Origin: an uncultured Gammaproteobacteria bacterium
GTDB taxonomy: Bacteria; Pseudomonadota; Gammaproteobacteria; QNFE01; CAZPSE01
Assembly (NCBI GenBank): GCA_964589575.1
Contig: CAZPSE010000002.1
Span: forward strand, 19,658-83,657
Direction of reading: 5' to 3'
Length of the DNA: 64,000 nt
Made by a program: the position numbers and the translations under genes. The notes beneath the pieces are model-generated. The model made no database searches and was not told the DNA's origin. It worked only from the letters and a program-made list of their open reading frames with translations. Of this stretch, positions 9,999 through 19,557 are shown in pieces (the stretch's first letter is position 1; each line of letters opens with the position of its first letter).

Positions 9999-10468
9999 TA
10001 TTTATCGTCTTTGGTAAATTCACCTTCAATAAAATCATCAACTTTGCCAGGTGCTTGCTGTTGTGATGATTGGTCAAACGTTTGAAAAGGAGGTTGTTGA
10101 CGCATACTATTTTGGCGAACAATCATTTTTTTACCCATAGCGGTGACAAACGCCCGCCTAATAGGTGGCACTAAAAGTATAAAACCAAAACTATCCGTAA
10201 TAAAACCGGGGGTAACTAACATAACGCCGGCTATAACTAAAACTAAGCCTTCTAGCATTTCCATTGCGGGCAATTGCCCCTGCTGCATATTTTGCTGCGC
10301 TTTTAAAAACGTCGCTATGCCTTGCTGACGTATAAAGTAAGACCCCGCCATGGCGGTAACAATAATAAGCATAATGGTATTAAAGCCACCAATTATGTCA
10401 CCAACTTGAAATAAAAAGTACAACTCAACCAGCGGTATTGCAATAAATAATATAAATAAAATAGGCAT
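9998..10468 (-). CDS. fxsA: FxsA cytoplasmic membrane protein
   Basis: Two N-terminal TM helices followed by a strong match to the FxsA core (LLVTPGFITDSFGFILLVPPIRR). Confidence 0.8.
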   Translation of the reverse strand: MPILFILFIAIPLVELYFLFQVGDIIGGFNTIMLIIVTAMAGSYFIRQQGIATFLKAQQNMQQGQLPAMEMLEGLVLVIAGVMLVTPGFITDSFGFILLVPPIRRAFVTAMGKKMIVRQNSMRQQPPFQTFDQSSQQQAPGKVDDFIEGEFTKDDK

Positions 10469-10572
10469 GTCATTAATAATTCCATTTGGAGATGGAACTT
10501 CTTCTCTATAAAAGGTATCTTTATAATAATTACTTATGTTATTTTTTCAACTGATCATTTTACGAGTCGTCC

Positions 10573-12879
10573 ATGTTGTCACAATCAATTAAAACTTTAT
10601 CTATACTAATAAGCGCCGCTTTATTAAATTTTTCACAATTTGCTTTTGCAGAACAATTTGCAGAGGATGAACTGTTGCCTCCAGAGGTGGCCTTTAAAGC
10701 CACCGTTAAAGTTTTAGATAATCAAAATTTGCAAGTGACTTACAACATTGCCGATAAGTATTATTTATATAACAGCAAATTTCAATTTCGCTCTAATACA
10801 GACGGTGTAACCTTAGGCGATGCTGATATTCCAAAAGGCAAAAAGAAGGTCGATCCTTTTTTTGGCGAGGTACAAACACACCGCCAAAGTATAAAAATAA
10901 AACTCCCGTTTAAAAACAGTAACCAATCTAAAACATTAGAACTCATCGCCACCTCGCAAGGCTGTGCCGACATAGGTGTTTGTTACCCTCCCTACACGCA
11001 CACCTTATTGGTAGAGCTACCCAAACTGTCGGTAGTTGCAGACGTTACAGAACAAGCCGCCAACGCACTACAAACAGCGGGCAACGCGTTAAAATCTTTC
11101 GGGCTTAATTTTGGCCTAGAAGAGCAAAACGAAGTATTGCACCCAGATAAAGCATTTAAAGCCAGCGTAATAGAAAACAAAGGCGAAATATTTGTACGTA
11201 TGGATATTGTTGACCAGCACTATCTTTATCAAGACAAATTTAAATTTGAATTAATCAATGCCGACGGGTTTAGCCTTGGCGAAGCAAAATATTCACCATC
11301 CGAAGAAAAAGACGACCCATTTTTTGGCATCATTCAGGTTTATTATAATTCTGCAGATATTACCGTGCCGGTCATTGGCGGCACGGCAGTAACGCAAAAC
11401 GCACAAATTAGGGTTACTTACCAAGGCTGTTCAGAATCGTCTGGAATTTGTTATCCACCTCAAAAGAAAGTTTTTGATATAACGCTAACGCCCTCATCAA
11501 CCTCCGCTCCTATTACAAACGCATCATCTGTAAATACGCCTCCAGCCTCATCTACAAGTAGCAGTTCTGCCCCAGTAACGGAGCAAGACAAAATAGCCGC
11601 CAGCTTTTTTAGCAACAGTATTTACCTAACCTTACTTACCTTTTTCGGGTTAGGTTTATTACTCACCTTTACACCGTGCGTACTACCAATGATACCCATC
11701 CTGTCTAGCATCATTGTTGGCAGCGGTGAAAAAATATCAACCAAACGTGCTTTTAGTTTATCTTTAGCCTATGTGCTAGCAATGGCGTTTACCTACACAA
11801 CCGCAGGGGTGATAGTGGGTCTGCTGGGTATAAACGTTCAAGTTTGGTTTCAAGACCCCATCGTATTAAGTGTTTTTGCTGCGTTATTTGTATTGTTGTC
11901 GCTGTCCATGTTTGGTTTTTACGAGCTACAAATGCCCGCATCTATACAAGCTAAATTAACCGGTGTAAGTAATAACCAAAAAGCCGGGTCACTAAAAGGC
12001 GCGGCCATAATGGGCTTATTGTCAGCCTTAATTGTTGGCCCATGTGTTACCGCACCGTTAGTTGGCGCATTAATTTACATTGCAGAAACAGGTGATGCCG
12101 TATTTGGTGGTTTGGCCTTATTCTCGTTAAGTATGGGTATGGGTACACCACTGCTTATTGTTGGCACATCTGCAGGTAAACTATTACCCAAAGTTGGCGC
12201 TTGGATGGACGCAACCAAAGCCGTATTTGGTGTTATGTTACTAGCGATGGCCTTGTGGATGTTAGAACGCATATTACCGGTACAAACCATTATGGTTTTA
12301 ACCGCAATATTATTAATTGGCTCAGGCGTATACTCTGGCGCATTCGAAGCAATAGGCAAAAAATCTGGCTGGTCAAAACTGTGGAAAACAATAGGCATTG
12401 TAATGGTTTTATACGGAACCTTATTAATGATAGGCGCGCTGTCTGGCGGTAATAGCTTTTTTGCACCATTAAAAGGCACGTTTGGTTCTGGCGGTGGGCA
12501 ACAGTCTACTCAACTGGTTTTTGAACCCGTAAAAAGCATTGAAGATTTAAATAAAGCGTTAAAACAAGCCAAAGCAGAAAACCGCAACGTCATGTTAGAT
12601 TTTTACGCAGACTGGTGCATATCCTGCAAAGAAATGGAAGCCTACACCTTTAGTGATGCGCGCGTTAAACAAGCACTTGGCAATGCCGTTTTATTAAAAG
12701 CAGACGTAACTAAAAATGATGACCACGACCAAGCCTTACTAAAACATTTTGGTTTATTTGGCCCACCAGGCATTATTTTTTATAAAGCAGGAACAACAAT
12801 AGAAGAAAAAAACTATCGCGTAGTAGGCTTTATGGAAGCCAATAAATTTACCACCAACATTAACAACGCCTTTAAATAA
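10573..12879 (+). CDS. dsbD: Thiol:disulfide interchange protein DsbD with a tandemly duplicated N-terminal alpha domain
   Basis: 768 aa. Two alpha-domain copies each carry DPFFG plus a QGC-x5-CYPP cysteine pair (SQGCADIGVCYPP and YQGCSESSGICYPP). A Ser/Thr/Pro linker follows, then the TM beta domain (CVLPM...GPCVTAPL) and a C-terminal thioredoxin fold (WCISCK). Confidence 0.9.
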   Translation: MLSQSIKTLSILISAALLNFSQFAFAEQFAEDELLPPEVAFKATVKVLDNQNLQVTYNIADKYYLYNSKFQFRSNTDGVTLGDADIPKGKKKVDPFFGEVQTHRQSIKIKLPFKNSNQSKTLELIATSQGCADIGVCYPPYTHTLLVELPKLSVVADVTEQAANALQTAGNALKSFGLNFGLEEQNEVLHPDKAFKASVIENKGEIFVRMDIVDQHYLYQDKFKFELINADGFSLGEAKYSPSEEKDDPFFGIIQVYYNSADITVPVIGGTAVTQNAQIRVTYQGCSESSGICYPPQKKVFDITLTPSSTSAPITNASSVNTPPASSTSSSSAPVTEQDKIAASFFSNSIYLTLLTFFGLGLLLTFTPCVLPMIPILSSIIVGSGEKISTKRAFSLSLAYVLAMAFTYTTAGVIVGLLGINVQVWFQDPIVLSVFAALFVLLSLSMFGFYELQMPASIQAKLTGVSNNQKAGSLKGAAIMGLLSALIVGPCVTAPLVGALIYIAETGDAVFGGLALFSLSMGMGTPLLIVGTSAGKLLPKVGAWMDATKAVFGVMLLAMALWMLERILPVQTIMVLTAILLIGSGVYSGAFEAIGKKSGWSKLWKTIGIVMVLYGTLLMIGALSGGNSFFAPLKGTFGSGGGQQSTQLVFEPVKSIEDLNKALKQAKAENRNVMLDFYADWCISCKEMEAYTFSDARVKQALGNAVLLKADVTKNDDHDQALLKHFGLFGPPGIIFYKAGTTIEEKNYRVVGFMEANKFTTNINNAFK

Positions 12880-13174
12880 GACCAATTAACTCGCTAGAGC
12901 ATTGGCAGTATACTAATAGCGCTAAGCCTTGCTTGTTCACAGCTTTATCGTGAACTAGCAAGGCTTACCAAGCGGGCTATTAGAGCATTATAAAATAACG
13001 TTATCGTCTGCCGTTTATAAGCCTCGCTAGTTTTGACTAAATCGTCTGGAACGATTTGGGGAGCGATAGCGACGTGCTAAGCACCAAGGGCAGGAAGCCC
13101 GAAGCAAAAACACCAAAACGAGCAATGCTTAACGCTAAGAGTTTGAAAATGCCAGTTAATCCGGTCTTCCTTAA
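12873..13174. mobile_element. MITE-like repeat, copy 1 (~300 bp). The right TIR CCAGTTAATCCGGTCTTCCTTAA is intact and the left TIR is degenerate, overlapping the dsbD stop codon.
   Basis: Internal modules are shared with copies at 24482, 31889 and 42234. Contains a 50-nt stem-loop AAGCCTTGCT-t-GTTCAC-agctttatc-GTGAAC-t-AGCAAGGCTT. Confidence 0.7.
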
Positions 13175-13182
13175 ATAAACCG

Positions 13183-13209
13183 CATGAGCAAGCAAGGCTT
13201 GCTCATGCA
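13183..13209. repeat. Perfect 12-bp-stem hairpin GCATGAGCAAGC-aag-GCTTGCTCATGC, immediately 5' of the DUF692 gene
   Basis: Seen in sequence. Shares the AGCAAGGCTT core with the MITE hairpins. Confidence 0.6.
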
Positions 13210-13212
13210 ATA

Positions 13213-14070
13213 ATGAGTATACAAATGTCAAAAACAGATTTTGTTGTAAAAGGTGCAGGCCTTGGTTTACGTCGTGACCGAATAGACGAAATGATTGACT
13301 ACCCCATGCCACAAGTAAACTTTATGGAAATTGCACCAGAAAACTGGATAGGTTTTGGTGGCCGCTATGCCAAAAAACTAAGGCACTTTACCGAACGGTT
13401 TGATTTTGTTTGTCATGGCTTATCATTATCTATTGGCGGCCCCACCGCAATAGACGTAGAACTGGTAAAAAACATTAAAACGTTAATGCAAGACCACAAT
13501 ATAAAAATATACAGCGAACACTTAACCTACTGTTCTGACGATGGTCATTTGTACGACTTACTGCCCATACCCTTTACAACAGAGGCGGTACATTATGTGG
13601 CAGACAGAATAAAACAAGTACAAGATATTTTAGAACAACAAATCGCGATAGAAAACGCCTCGTATTACGCCGTCGCGCATAAAGAAATGGAAGAAATTGA
13701 TTTTTTAAACGCCGTTATTGAAGAGGCAGACTGTGCATTATTGTTAGATGTAAACAACATATACGTAAACTCGGTTAATCATGGTTACGATGCCATAAAC
13801 TTTTTAGACAACATGCCAAAACACCGCATAGCCTATGCACATATTGCCGGTCACTATAATGAAGCAGATGATTTAATTGTAGACACCCACGGCGCAGATG
13901 TAATAGACCCCGTATGGAAAATATTAAATCACGCCTACAAACAGTTTGGTACGTTTCCAACATTATTAGAGCGCGACTTTAACATACCGCCCATAGCAAC
14001 CTTGTTAAACGAAGTAGAGCAAATACACCGCGCACAACAAAAAGCCGTTATAGAAGTAAGCAATGGCTAA
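13213..14070 (+). CDS. DUF692-family (MbnB/TglH-like, xylose-isomerase-like TIM barrel) protein
   Basis: 285 aa; the family assignment is from remembered conserved blocks. Confidence 0.8.
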   Translation: MSIQMSKTDFVVKGAGLGLRRDRIDEMIDYPMPQVNFMEIAPENWIGFGGRYAKKLRHFTERFDFVCHGLSLSIGGPTAIDVELVKNIKTLMQDHNIKIYSEHLTYCSDDGHLYDLLPIPFTTEAVHYVADRIKQVQDILEQQIAIENASYYAVAHKEMEEIDFLNAVIEEADCALLLDVNNIYVNSVNHGYDAINFLDNMPKHRIAYAHIAGHYNEADDLIVDTHGADVIDPVWKILNHAYKQFGTFPTLLERDFNIPPIATLLNEVEQIHRAQQKAVIEVSNG

Positions 14071-14863
14071 AACAACACTGCCCTTATTTCAGCAAAAACA
14101 ATACGAATTTACCGCCCATATACGCGACCCAAAAAACCATGCGCTACCAAAAAATGTAGAAGACCGACGCATGAATATTTACCGCGAGTTATTATTTAAT
14201 AACGTGGTCGAGTTTATAGGTAACGGGTTTCCCGTATTAAAAACCTTTTATAGTGAACAGCAATGGCTTAAAAATATACGATTATTTTATGCCCAATCAA
14301 ACAACCACTCTCCTTACTTTAAAGACATACCCGAGCAATACCTAACCTGGCTAGAAAGCCACTACCAAGTTAGCAACATCGACCCACCCTTTATGATGGA
14401 ATTAGCGCATTACGAATTAGTAGAGCTAATTTTAGATGTATCCGACGAGCATAATGATTTAGGCATAATAGATGCAAATGGCGACTTGTTAAATGAACGC
14501 CCTGTAATATCGTCTTTAGTTTGGCTACTAAACTACCAGTGGCCAGTACACTTATTAGATGCCCAGCAATACAACCCAACAAAAAAACCAGAACAACCCA
14601 GCTACCTAATTGTATTTAGAAACCGCAACGACAGCGTAGAGTTTGTAGAAAGCAACCCAGTAACCGCGCGCCTTTTAGAAATGCTACAAAATGACAACCA
14701 ACTAACAGGCCAACAAGCACTAACGCACATAGCAAAAGAAATGCAACACCCACAGCCAAAAGTTGTAATAGACGGCGGCTTACAAACATTACAAAACTTT
14801 CAAGAGCTGGGCATTATTTTAGGAACACAAATTTTAGATAATGACCAAATAAATAACCGCTAA
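14063..14863 (+). CDS. DUF2063-family (MbnC-like) partner protein
   Basis: 266 aa. Overlaps the DUF692 stop by 8 nt. The family assignment is from remembered N-terminal pattern. Confidence 0.7.
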   Translation: MAKTTLPLFQQKQYEFTAHIRDPKNHALPKNVEDRRMNIYRELLFNNVVEFIGNGFPVLKTFYSEQQWLKNIRLFYAQSNNHSPYFKDIPEQYLTWLESHYQVSNIDPPFMMELAHYELVELILDVSDEHNDLGIIDANGDLLNERPVISSLVWLLNYQWPVHLLDAQQYNPTKKPEQPSYLIVFRNRNDSVEFVESNPVTARLLEMLQNDNQLTGQQALTHIAKEMQHPQPKVVIDGGLQTLQNFQELGIILGTQILDNDQINNR

Positions 14864-14878
14864 AAAGCACCAAAACCG

Positions 14879-14938
14879 TTGCCTACATGGATGTAGGTAC
14901 ACAGAATTGCTTGGAGCATTATGCGTGCGACCCCTTGC
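14879..14938 (+). repeat. Family-B hairpin repeat, copy 1: TTGCCTACATGGATGTAGGTACACAGAATTGCTTGGAGCATTATGCGTGCGACCCCTTGC
   Basis: Near-identical copies, reverse-complemented, at 25411-25485 and 44227-44286. All three sit just 3' of + strand genes. Confidence 0.7.
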
Positions 14939-14949
14939 CTAAGCCTTCA

Positions 14950-15125
14950 TTAAGAAAATCCTGATTAACAGGCTAAAGCATGGTTTAAAATTTCATCTCG
15001 ACCAATGCGTGTAAGCATTGGCATTATACCAATAGCGCTAAGCCTTGCTTGTTCACAGCTTTATCGTGAACTAGCAAGGCTTAACGCTAATAGTTTGCAA
15101 CTCCAGTTAATCAGCACTTCCTTAT
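14950..15125. mobile_element. MITE-like repeat, copy 2 (176 bp). TIRs are TTAAGAAAATCCTGATTAACAGG and CCAGTTAATCAGCACTTCCTTAT.
   Basis: Both TIRs are present. Contains the GTTCAC/GTGAAC stem-loop module and lacks the GGGGAGCGATAGCGACGTG module. Confidence 0.7.
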
Positions 15126-15209
15126 AAAAACCAAACATTAAACATCATAAAACTTGTTCAAAGACGCTTACAATGAGAAAATGGTATTTTTCGTTTACTT
15201 CTAGGTTTT

Positions 15210-16859
15210 ATGGAACATACAAACACCCCAATAGACCACTTCATTGATCAAATCATCAAAGATGATATTCAAAAAGGCAAAAATGCAGGTAAAGTCATTA
15301 CGCGTTTCCCGCCAGAACCTAATGGCTACTTGCATATAGGGCATGCAAAATCCATCGTCTTAAATTTTGGCACAGCAAGTAAATATAAAGGCACATGCAA
15401 CCTACGTTTTGACGATACCAACCCAGAAAAAGAAGACAAAGAATTTGAGCTATCAATAAAAAAAGACGTTCAATGGCTAGGCTACAAATGGGATAGCTTG
15501 CATTATTCGTCTGATAATTTCCAGCAACTGTACAACTTTGCCATGCAACTTATTAAAGACGGAAAAGCCTATGTAGACAGTTTAAATGCAGAACAAATTA
15601 AACAGTACAGAGGCACACTAACCGAAGCTGGCAAAAACAGCCCAGACAGAGAAAACAGTATAGAAAAAAATATACAACTATTTGAAGCCATGAAAAACGG
15701 AGAATTTAAAGACGGCGAGCGCGTATTACGTGCAAAAATTGACATGTCATCACCCAATATCAACCTCCGTGACCCTGTTATATACCGTGTAAAACATGCA
15801 AAACACCACAGAACAGCTAATGATTGGTGCATATACCCAATGTACGACTACACCCACTGCATATCAGACGCGTTAGAAAACATAACCCATTCATTATGCA
15901 CATTAGAGTTTGAAGACCATCGCCCACTATACGACTGGGTTTTAAACCAACTGCCCATAAAATGTCACCCACAACAAATAGAGTTTTCTCGTTTAAATTT
16001 AGAATACACAATAATGAGCAAACGCAAACTGGCACAATTAGTGCAAAACAACCACGTATCAGGCTGGGACGACCCACGTATGCCAACCTTATCTGGCATG
16101 CGTCGCCGTGGCTACCCAGCACAAGCAATACGCCAATTTTGCGAGCGTATAGGCATAACCAAAAAAGATGCCACCATAGAAATGGGCGTATTAGAAAACC
16201 TAGTACGCGACAACCTAAACGACAATGCACCACGTGCAATGGCAGTTTTAGAGCCACTAAAAGTAACCATATCCAACTACCCAAAAAACCAAGTAGAAAT
16301 GGTCAACGCCAAAAACCACCCACAAAAACCAGAACTAGGCACGCGCGAAGTGCCATTTAGTAAAACGTTGTACATAGAACAAACCGACTTTTTAGAAGAT
16401 GCACCAAAAAAGTTTTTTAGACTCAGCATCGGCCGCGAAGTACGTTTTAAATACGCCTACTACTTAACTTGCACAAATATTGTTAAAGATGATAATGGCA
16501 ATATAACCGAAGTTATTTGTACCTACGACCCAACTACCAAAGGCGGACGATCCGAAGACGGACGAAAAATAAAAGGCACCATACACTGGGTAAGCGCAAA
16601 ACAAGCCATAGAAAAAGAGTTAATTTTGTACGACCGATTATTTAATGTTGCCAACCCAGGAACAAAAGGCGACTTTTTAGAGCAAATAAACCCAAGCTCG
16701 CAAATAACCTTAAACAATTGCAAACTAGAACCCATGCTAAACAACGCACCAACAAACCAAGTATACCAATTTGAAAGAATGGGCTATTTTTGCAAAGACA
16801 ACGCAGGGCATTACAACCGCACCATGACACTACGTGACTCATGGGCTAAAAAGAAATAA
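15210..16859 (+). CDS. glnS: Glutaminyl-tRNA synthetase
   Basis: 549 aa with the HIGH motif ([14 protein letters not shown]) and the KMSKS-type motif (IMSKR). Colinear with E. coli GlnS. Confidence 0.95.
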   Translation: MEHTNTPIDHFIDQIIKDDIQKGKNAGKVITRFPPEPNGYLHIGHAKSIVLNFGTASKYKGTCNLRFDDTNPEKEDKEFELSIKKDVQWLGYKWDSLHYSSDNFQQLYNFAMQLIKDGKAYVDSLNAEQIKQYRGTLTEAGKNSPDRENSIEKNIQLFEAMKNGEFKDGERVLRAKIDMSSPNINLRDPVIYRVKHAKHHRTANDWCIYPMYDYTHCISDALENITHSLCTLEFEDHRPLYDWVLNQLPIKCHPQQIEFSRLNLEYTIMSKRKLAQLVQNNHVSGWDDPRMPTLSGMRRRGYPAQAIRQFCERIGITKKDATIEMGVLENLVRDNLNDNAPRAMAVLEPLKVTISNYPKNQVEMVNAKNHPQKPELGTREVPFSKTLYIEQTDFLEDAPKKFFRLSIGREVRFKYAYYLTCTNIVKDDNGNITEVICTYDPTTKGGRSEDGRKIKGTIHWVSAKQAIEKELILYDRLFNVANPGTKGDFLEQINPSSQITLNNCKLEPMLNNAPTNQVYQFERMGYFCKDNAGHYNRTMTLRDSWAKKK

Positions 16860-16901
16860 TGGTTAATGCTATTATTTTCACTATAATTAATAGCGTACAA
16901 T

Positions 16902-17138
16902 GTGATCATATCTAAATTAGATGAAGTAAAAGAACTCATTGGATTTTTAAAAGCTATTTTTATTACCTTAATTATAATAAATACATCACTAATTGCATGG
17001 ATATTTAAAAACTATAATAGTGAAACAGGCTTTAGGTTATACATAGTTACAACAGTTATTGCCACCATCACCTTAATGATAAGTATACTGTTTAGCAAAA
17101 TTTTAAAAGAAATTAAGAGGCTAGAAAATTTACCATGA
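16902..17138 (+). CDS. Small hypothetical membrane protein (78 aa)
   Basis: ORF track only; hydrophobic. A 26-aa hydrophobic mini-ORF (MIPLIISLVLGLSLLIYMTYKLYTFN) follows at 17136-17216. Confidence 0.3.
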   Translation: MIISKLDEVKELIGFLKAIFITLIIINTSLIAWIFKNYNSETGFRLYIVTTVIATITLMISILFSKILKEIKRLENLP

Positions 17139-17402
17139 TTCCACTCATCATATCCCTTGTTTTAGGCTTATCATTACTTATTTATATGACTTACAAACTT
17201 TACACTTTTAACTAAAACTGTAAAACACAATAAACACAACTAAAGCCATTGCCGATTACGACTCCCGATTTAATAAAATAGAATCTGACTTATTAATAAT
17301 AAAGCTGATGGTAGGATTACTGATTGTTGTCGAAGTAACGCCCGTTTTAAAAAGTTTATTTTAACAATCAAATCAATTTACTCTGACCCTATTGAAAATA
17401 TT

Positions 17403-17528
17403 ATGAAAACACTACTAACATCCATCTCTTTAATTTTTTTGTTGGCATCATGTGCATCAACTCAAACAAATGAAGATTTTGAAGCAACCGAAAGGCAATT
17501 TGAAAAACTAAACGAAATGTTAGACTAA
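17403..17528 (+). CDS. Putative 41-aa small lipoprotein (MKTLLTSISLIFLLASCAS...)
   Basis: Found by manual translation. Carries a lipobox (LASC). A half-copy of the 26637 palindrome precedes it. Confidence 0.3.
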   Translation: MKTLLTSISLIFLLASCASTQTNEDFEATERQFEKLNEMLD

Positions 17529-18133
17529 ATACTTAAATTCCAAGCGATGGTAATACGAGGGCGCTTACCTAAATAAGGGTGCACAAAGTGAATTAAAGGC
17601 GAGGGAAAGGCAATCATTGTGCCTGCTTTCATATCTGCACATACCTCTTGTATTGGTACACCTTCTGCCGTGGTGCAACAACCCGCAATGCGTGAATCTA
17701 AAAAAACCAACTGACCGGCATTGGGTTTTATTTTATTAGCTTGGCCAGGGTCTAGCATGTACACCACACTAACATCACAAAAGTCATGCGCGTGTGGCGC
17801 AGTATAGTCGCCCTTTCTATAAATAGATGCCCAAGATAAGTTAATTTTAACCTTATCACTTTTAGTTAAAACACTAATCATCTTAATTACACGCTCATTA
17901 AGCAAGTTTGCCTCTGGCAAGCTCCAAGAGGAAACATCACTCACCTTACTTACGCCAAACAAATCATGAGAAAAATTAGGGTCTTTTTCTAGCTGTAAAA
18001 CACGCTTTACTAATTTTTTATTTACATTTTTAGTATCGCTAAAATCCGTAACCGAAATTATTGGTTGTTCACTTATTTGTTCTAACAATTGATTTTTTGG
18101 CCAAACATTGTCTAAAGCCATTACACGCCCCAC
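17525..18133 (-). CDS. Putative 2OG-Fe(II)-oxygenase-superfamily protein (remembered as TIGR02466-like) carrying H-x-D ... H motifs
   Basis: 202 aa with HAHDF ... HFVHP motifs. Confidence 0.4.
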   Translation of the reverse strand: MGRVMALDNVWPKNQLLEQISEQPIISVTDFSDTKNVNKKLVKRVLQLEKDPNFSHDLFGVSKVSDVSSWSLPEANLLNERVIKMISVLTKSDKVKINLSWASIYRKGDYTAPHAHDFCDVSVVYMLDPGQANKIKPNAGQLVFLDSRIAGCCTTAEGVPIQEVCADMKAGTMIAFPSPLIHFVHPYLGKRPRITIAWNLSI

Positions 18134-18147
18134 TTTATTACAGGCAT

Positions 18148-18177
18148 AAAAAAAGGCGTTAATAATAACGCCTTTTC
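18148..18177. terminator. Bidirectional rho-independent terminator (A-tract, GGCGTTA-ataat-AACGCC, T-tract) downstream of porin 1
   Basis: Seen in sequence. Confidence 0.6.
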
Positions 18178-18212
18178 ATTAACCTAAGTTAATACTTTTA
18201 CATAACAGTTAT

Positions 18213-19199
18213 TTAGAAACCTGTACGTAAACCAGCTAAGATAGCAGTAGAAGATTTATCAGTCGAATGACCTGTAGATCTAAAGCCACCATAAATCATA
18301 GACTTTTTAGATAATGACTTTTTAACACCTACAGAAAGTGATGTGCCGTTTTTGTCAGCTATACCTACCCAAGCGCCCAATGTCATGCCACCCATAGGCA
18401 TAGACAAAGAAACGAATGTTAAAGTATCATCAACACCATCAGCTCCAGGTTTTACAGTTTTAACACCAGCAGCTTTTAAGCCACTTTCAACTTGTAAAGC
18501 AAGCTTCATTTTACCAACTTTCATTTTAGCACCAAATTTAGTGATGCTTTCAGGAGAAGCTTGAGTTGACGGCTTATGCTGATGATTATCAGTCGCGAAG
18601 AAAACATTAACAGAACCAATATCCATACTTGCTGCAATACCTAATCTTGCAGTTTTTCCAAGACCAGCTGCGGTCTCACCATCAGGAGAGGCTATAAGTT
18701 CAGGTGAAAAATCAACACCAAATTTAACCGCACCCGCTTTCATAGAATAACGAGCAGATGAAATATAGCCGTTTTGACCTGCAGACTGACCACCGTTACT
18801 ACGAGCTTGTAAACCAGTAGATAAGAAAGGATCAATTTTAACACCACCCGTTACTTTATATAAAGAAGAGTGACGACCTAACTGTACTTTACCAGGTCCA
18901 ATTTTTAATCCTACAAACATATCACGAGGCTTATTAACGAATGATTTTGTTGTACCACCACCAATAGATACGTTAAAGCCAATTTTACCAAATGCATCGC
19001 CATCTTTCCAAGATACAGCTAAACCACCTTTGTTGCCACCGCCGTAAAATGTATCACCAAAACCTAAACCGGTTGTTCCAGCGTCACCGCCTAAAGAAGC
19101 AAGTTCAGCCTGTAAAGCGCCACCCCATTTAACATCAGCTTGTGCTGCAGACGCAGACATTGCAGCTACAACTGCAATTGCAAGTACTTTTTTATTCAT
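18213..19199 (-). CDS. Outer-membrane porin (general Gram-negative porin family)
   Basis: Signal peptide MNKKVLAIAVVAAMSASAAQA. Gly/Ala/Thr-rich beta-strand pattern and a C-terminal aromatic residue (GLRTGF). Confidence 0.8.
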   Translation of the reverse strand: MNKKVLAIAVVAAMSASAAQADVKWGGALQAELASLGGDAGTTGLGFGDTFYGGGNKGGLAVSWKDGDAFGKIGFNVSIGGGTTKSFVNKPRDMFVGLKIGPGKVQLGRHSSLYKVTGGVKIDPFLSTGLQARSNGGQSAGQNGYISSARYSMKAGAVKFGVDFSPELIASPDGETAAGLGKTARLGIAASMDIGSVNVFFATDNHQHKPSTQASPESITKFGAKMKVGKMKLALQVESGLKAAGVKTVKPGADGVDDTLTFVSLSMPMGGMTLGAWVGIADKNGTSLSVGVKKSLSKKSMIYGGFRSTGHSTDKSSTAILAGLRTGF

Positions 19200-19474
19200 T
19201 TAATTACTCCTAAGTAATTTTTATTTTTTAATTAGTTTCCCTTTCTTAATCGCCACGCCATGCATGGAGTAGTTCGACATCTAACGACATCACATCAAGA
19301 AGAGTCCCCAAGTTGTTGTATTAATTCCGGGAATTACTTCTCTTAACTTCGAAAAGTGAGGTCATTAAAACTCATTTCTAAAATGCTTACAAGTATTTCG
19401 TACTTTATATTTGGTAACGGCAGATTATTGTTGCTAATTAACAACAAACATAAACGCAGTTTATTGCGCGCATA

Positions 19475-19507
19475 AAAAAAGCCAAATATAAAATTTGGCT
19501 TTTTTTA
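19475..19507. terminator. Bidirectional rho-independent terminator A7-GCCAAAT-ataaa-ATTTGGC-T7 downstream of porin 2
   Basis: Seen in sequence. Confidence 0.7.
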
Positions 19508-19557
19508 TGCCGAACCAGAAACCTGACCCAACCATTTAGCTTATATAAAAACTATAT

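Noticed and set aside
13037-13312. 91-aa minus-strand ORF overlapping the DUF692 start and the MITE
   Set aside because: It lies inside a multi-copy repeat and opposite a well-supported gene start, so it is spurious.
14894-14971. 25-aa Cys-containing mini-ORF (MDVGTQNCLEHYACDPLPKPSLRKS) as a candidate DUF692 substrate peptide
   Set aside because: It lies inside the family-B repeat, which is present in three copies in both orientations, two of them unrelated to DUF692. It has no signal peptide and sits downstream rather than upstream of the enzyme pair.
19322-19334. Reading AATTCCGGGAATT as a restriction-modification or phase-variation site
   Set aside because: It occurs only in the two paralogous porin leaders and is not homopolymeric. 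A shared operator or UTR element is the simpler explanation.
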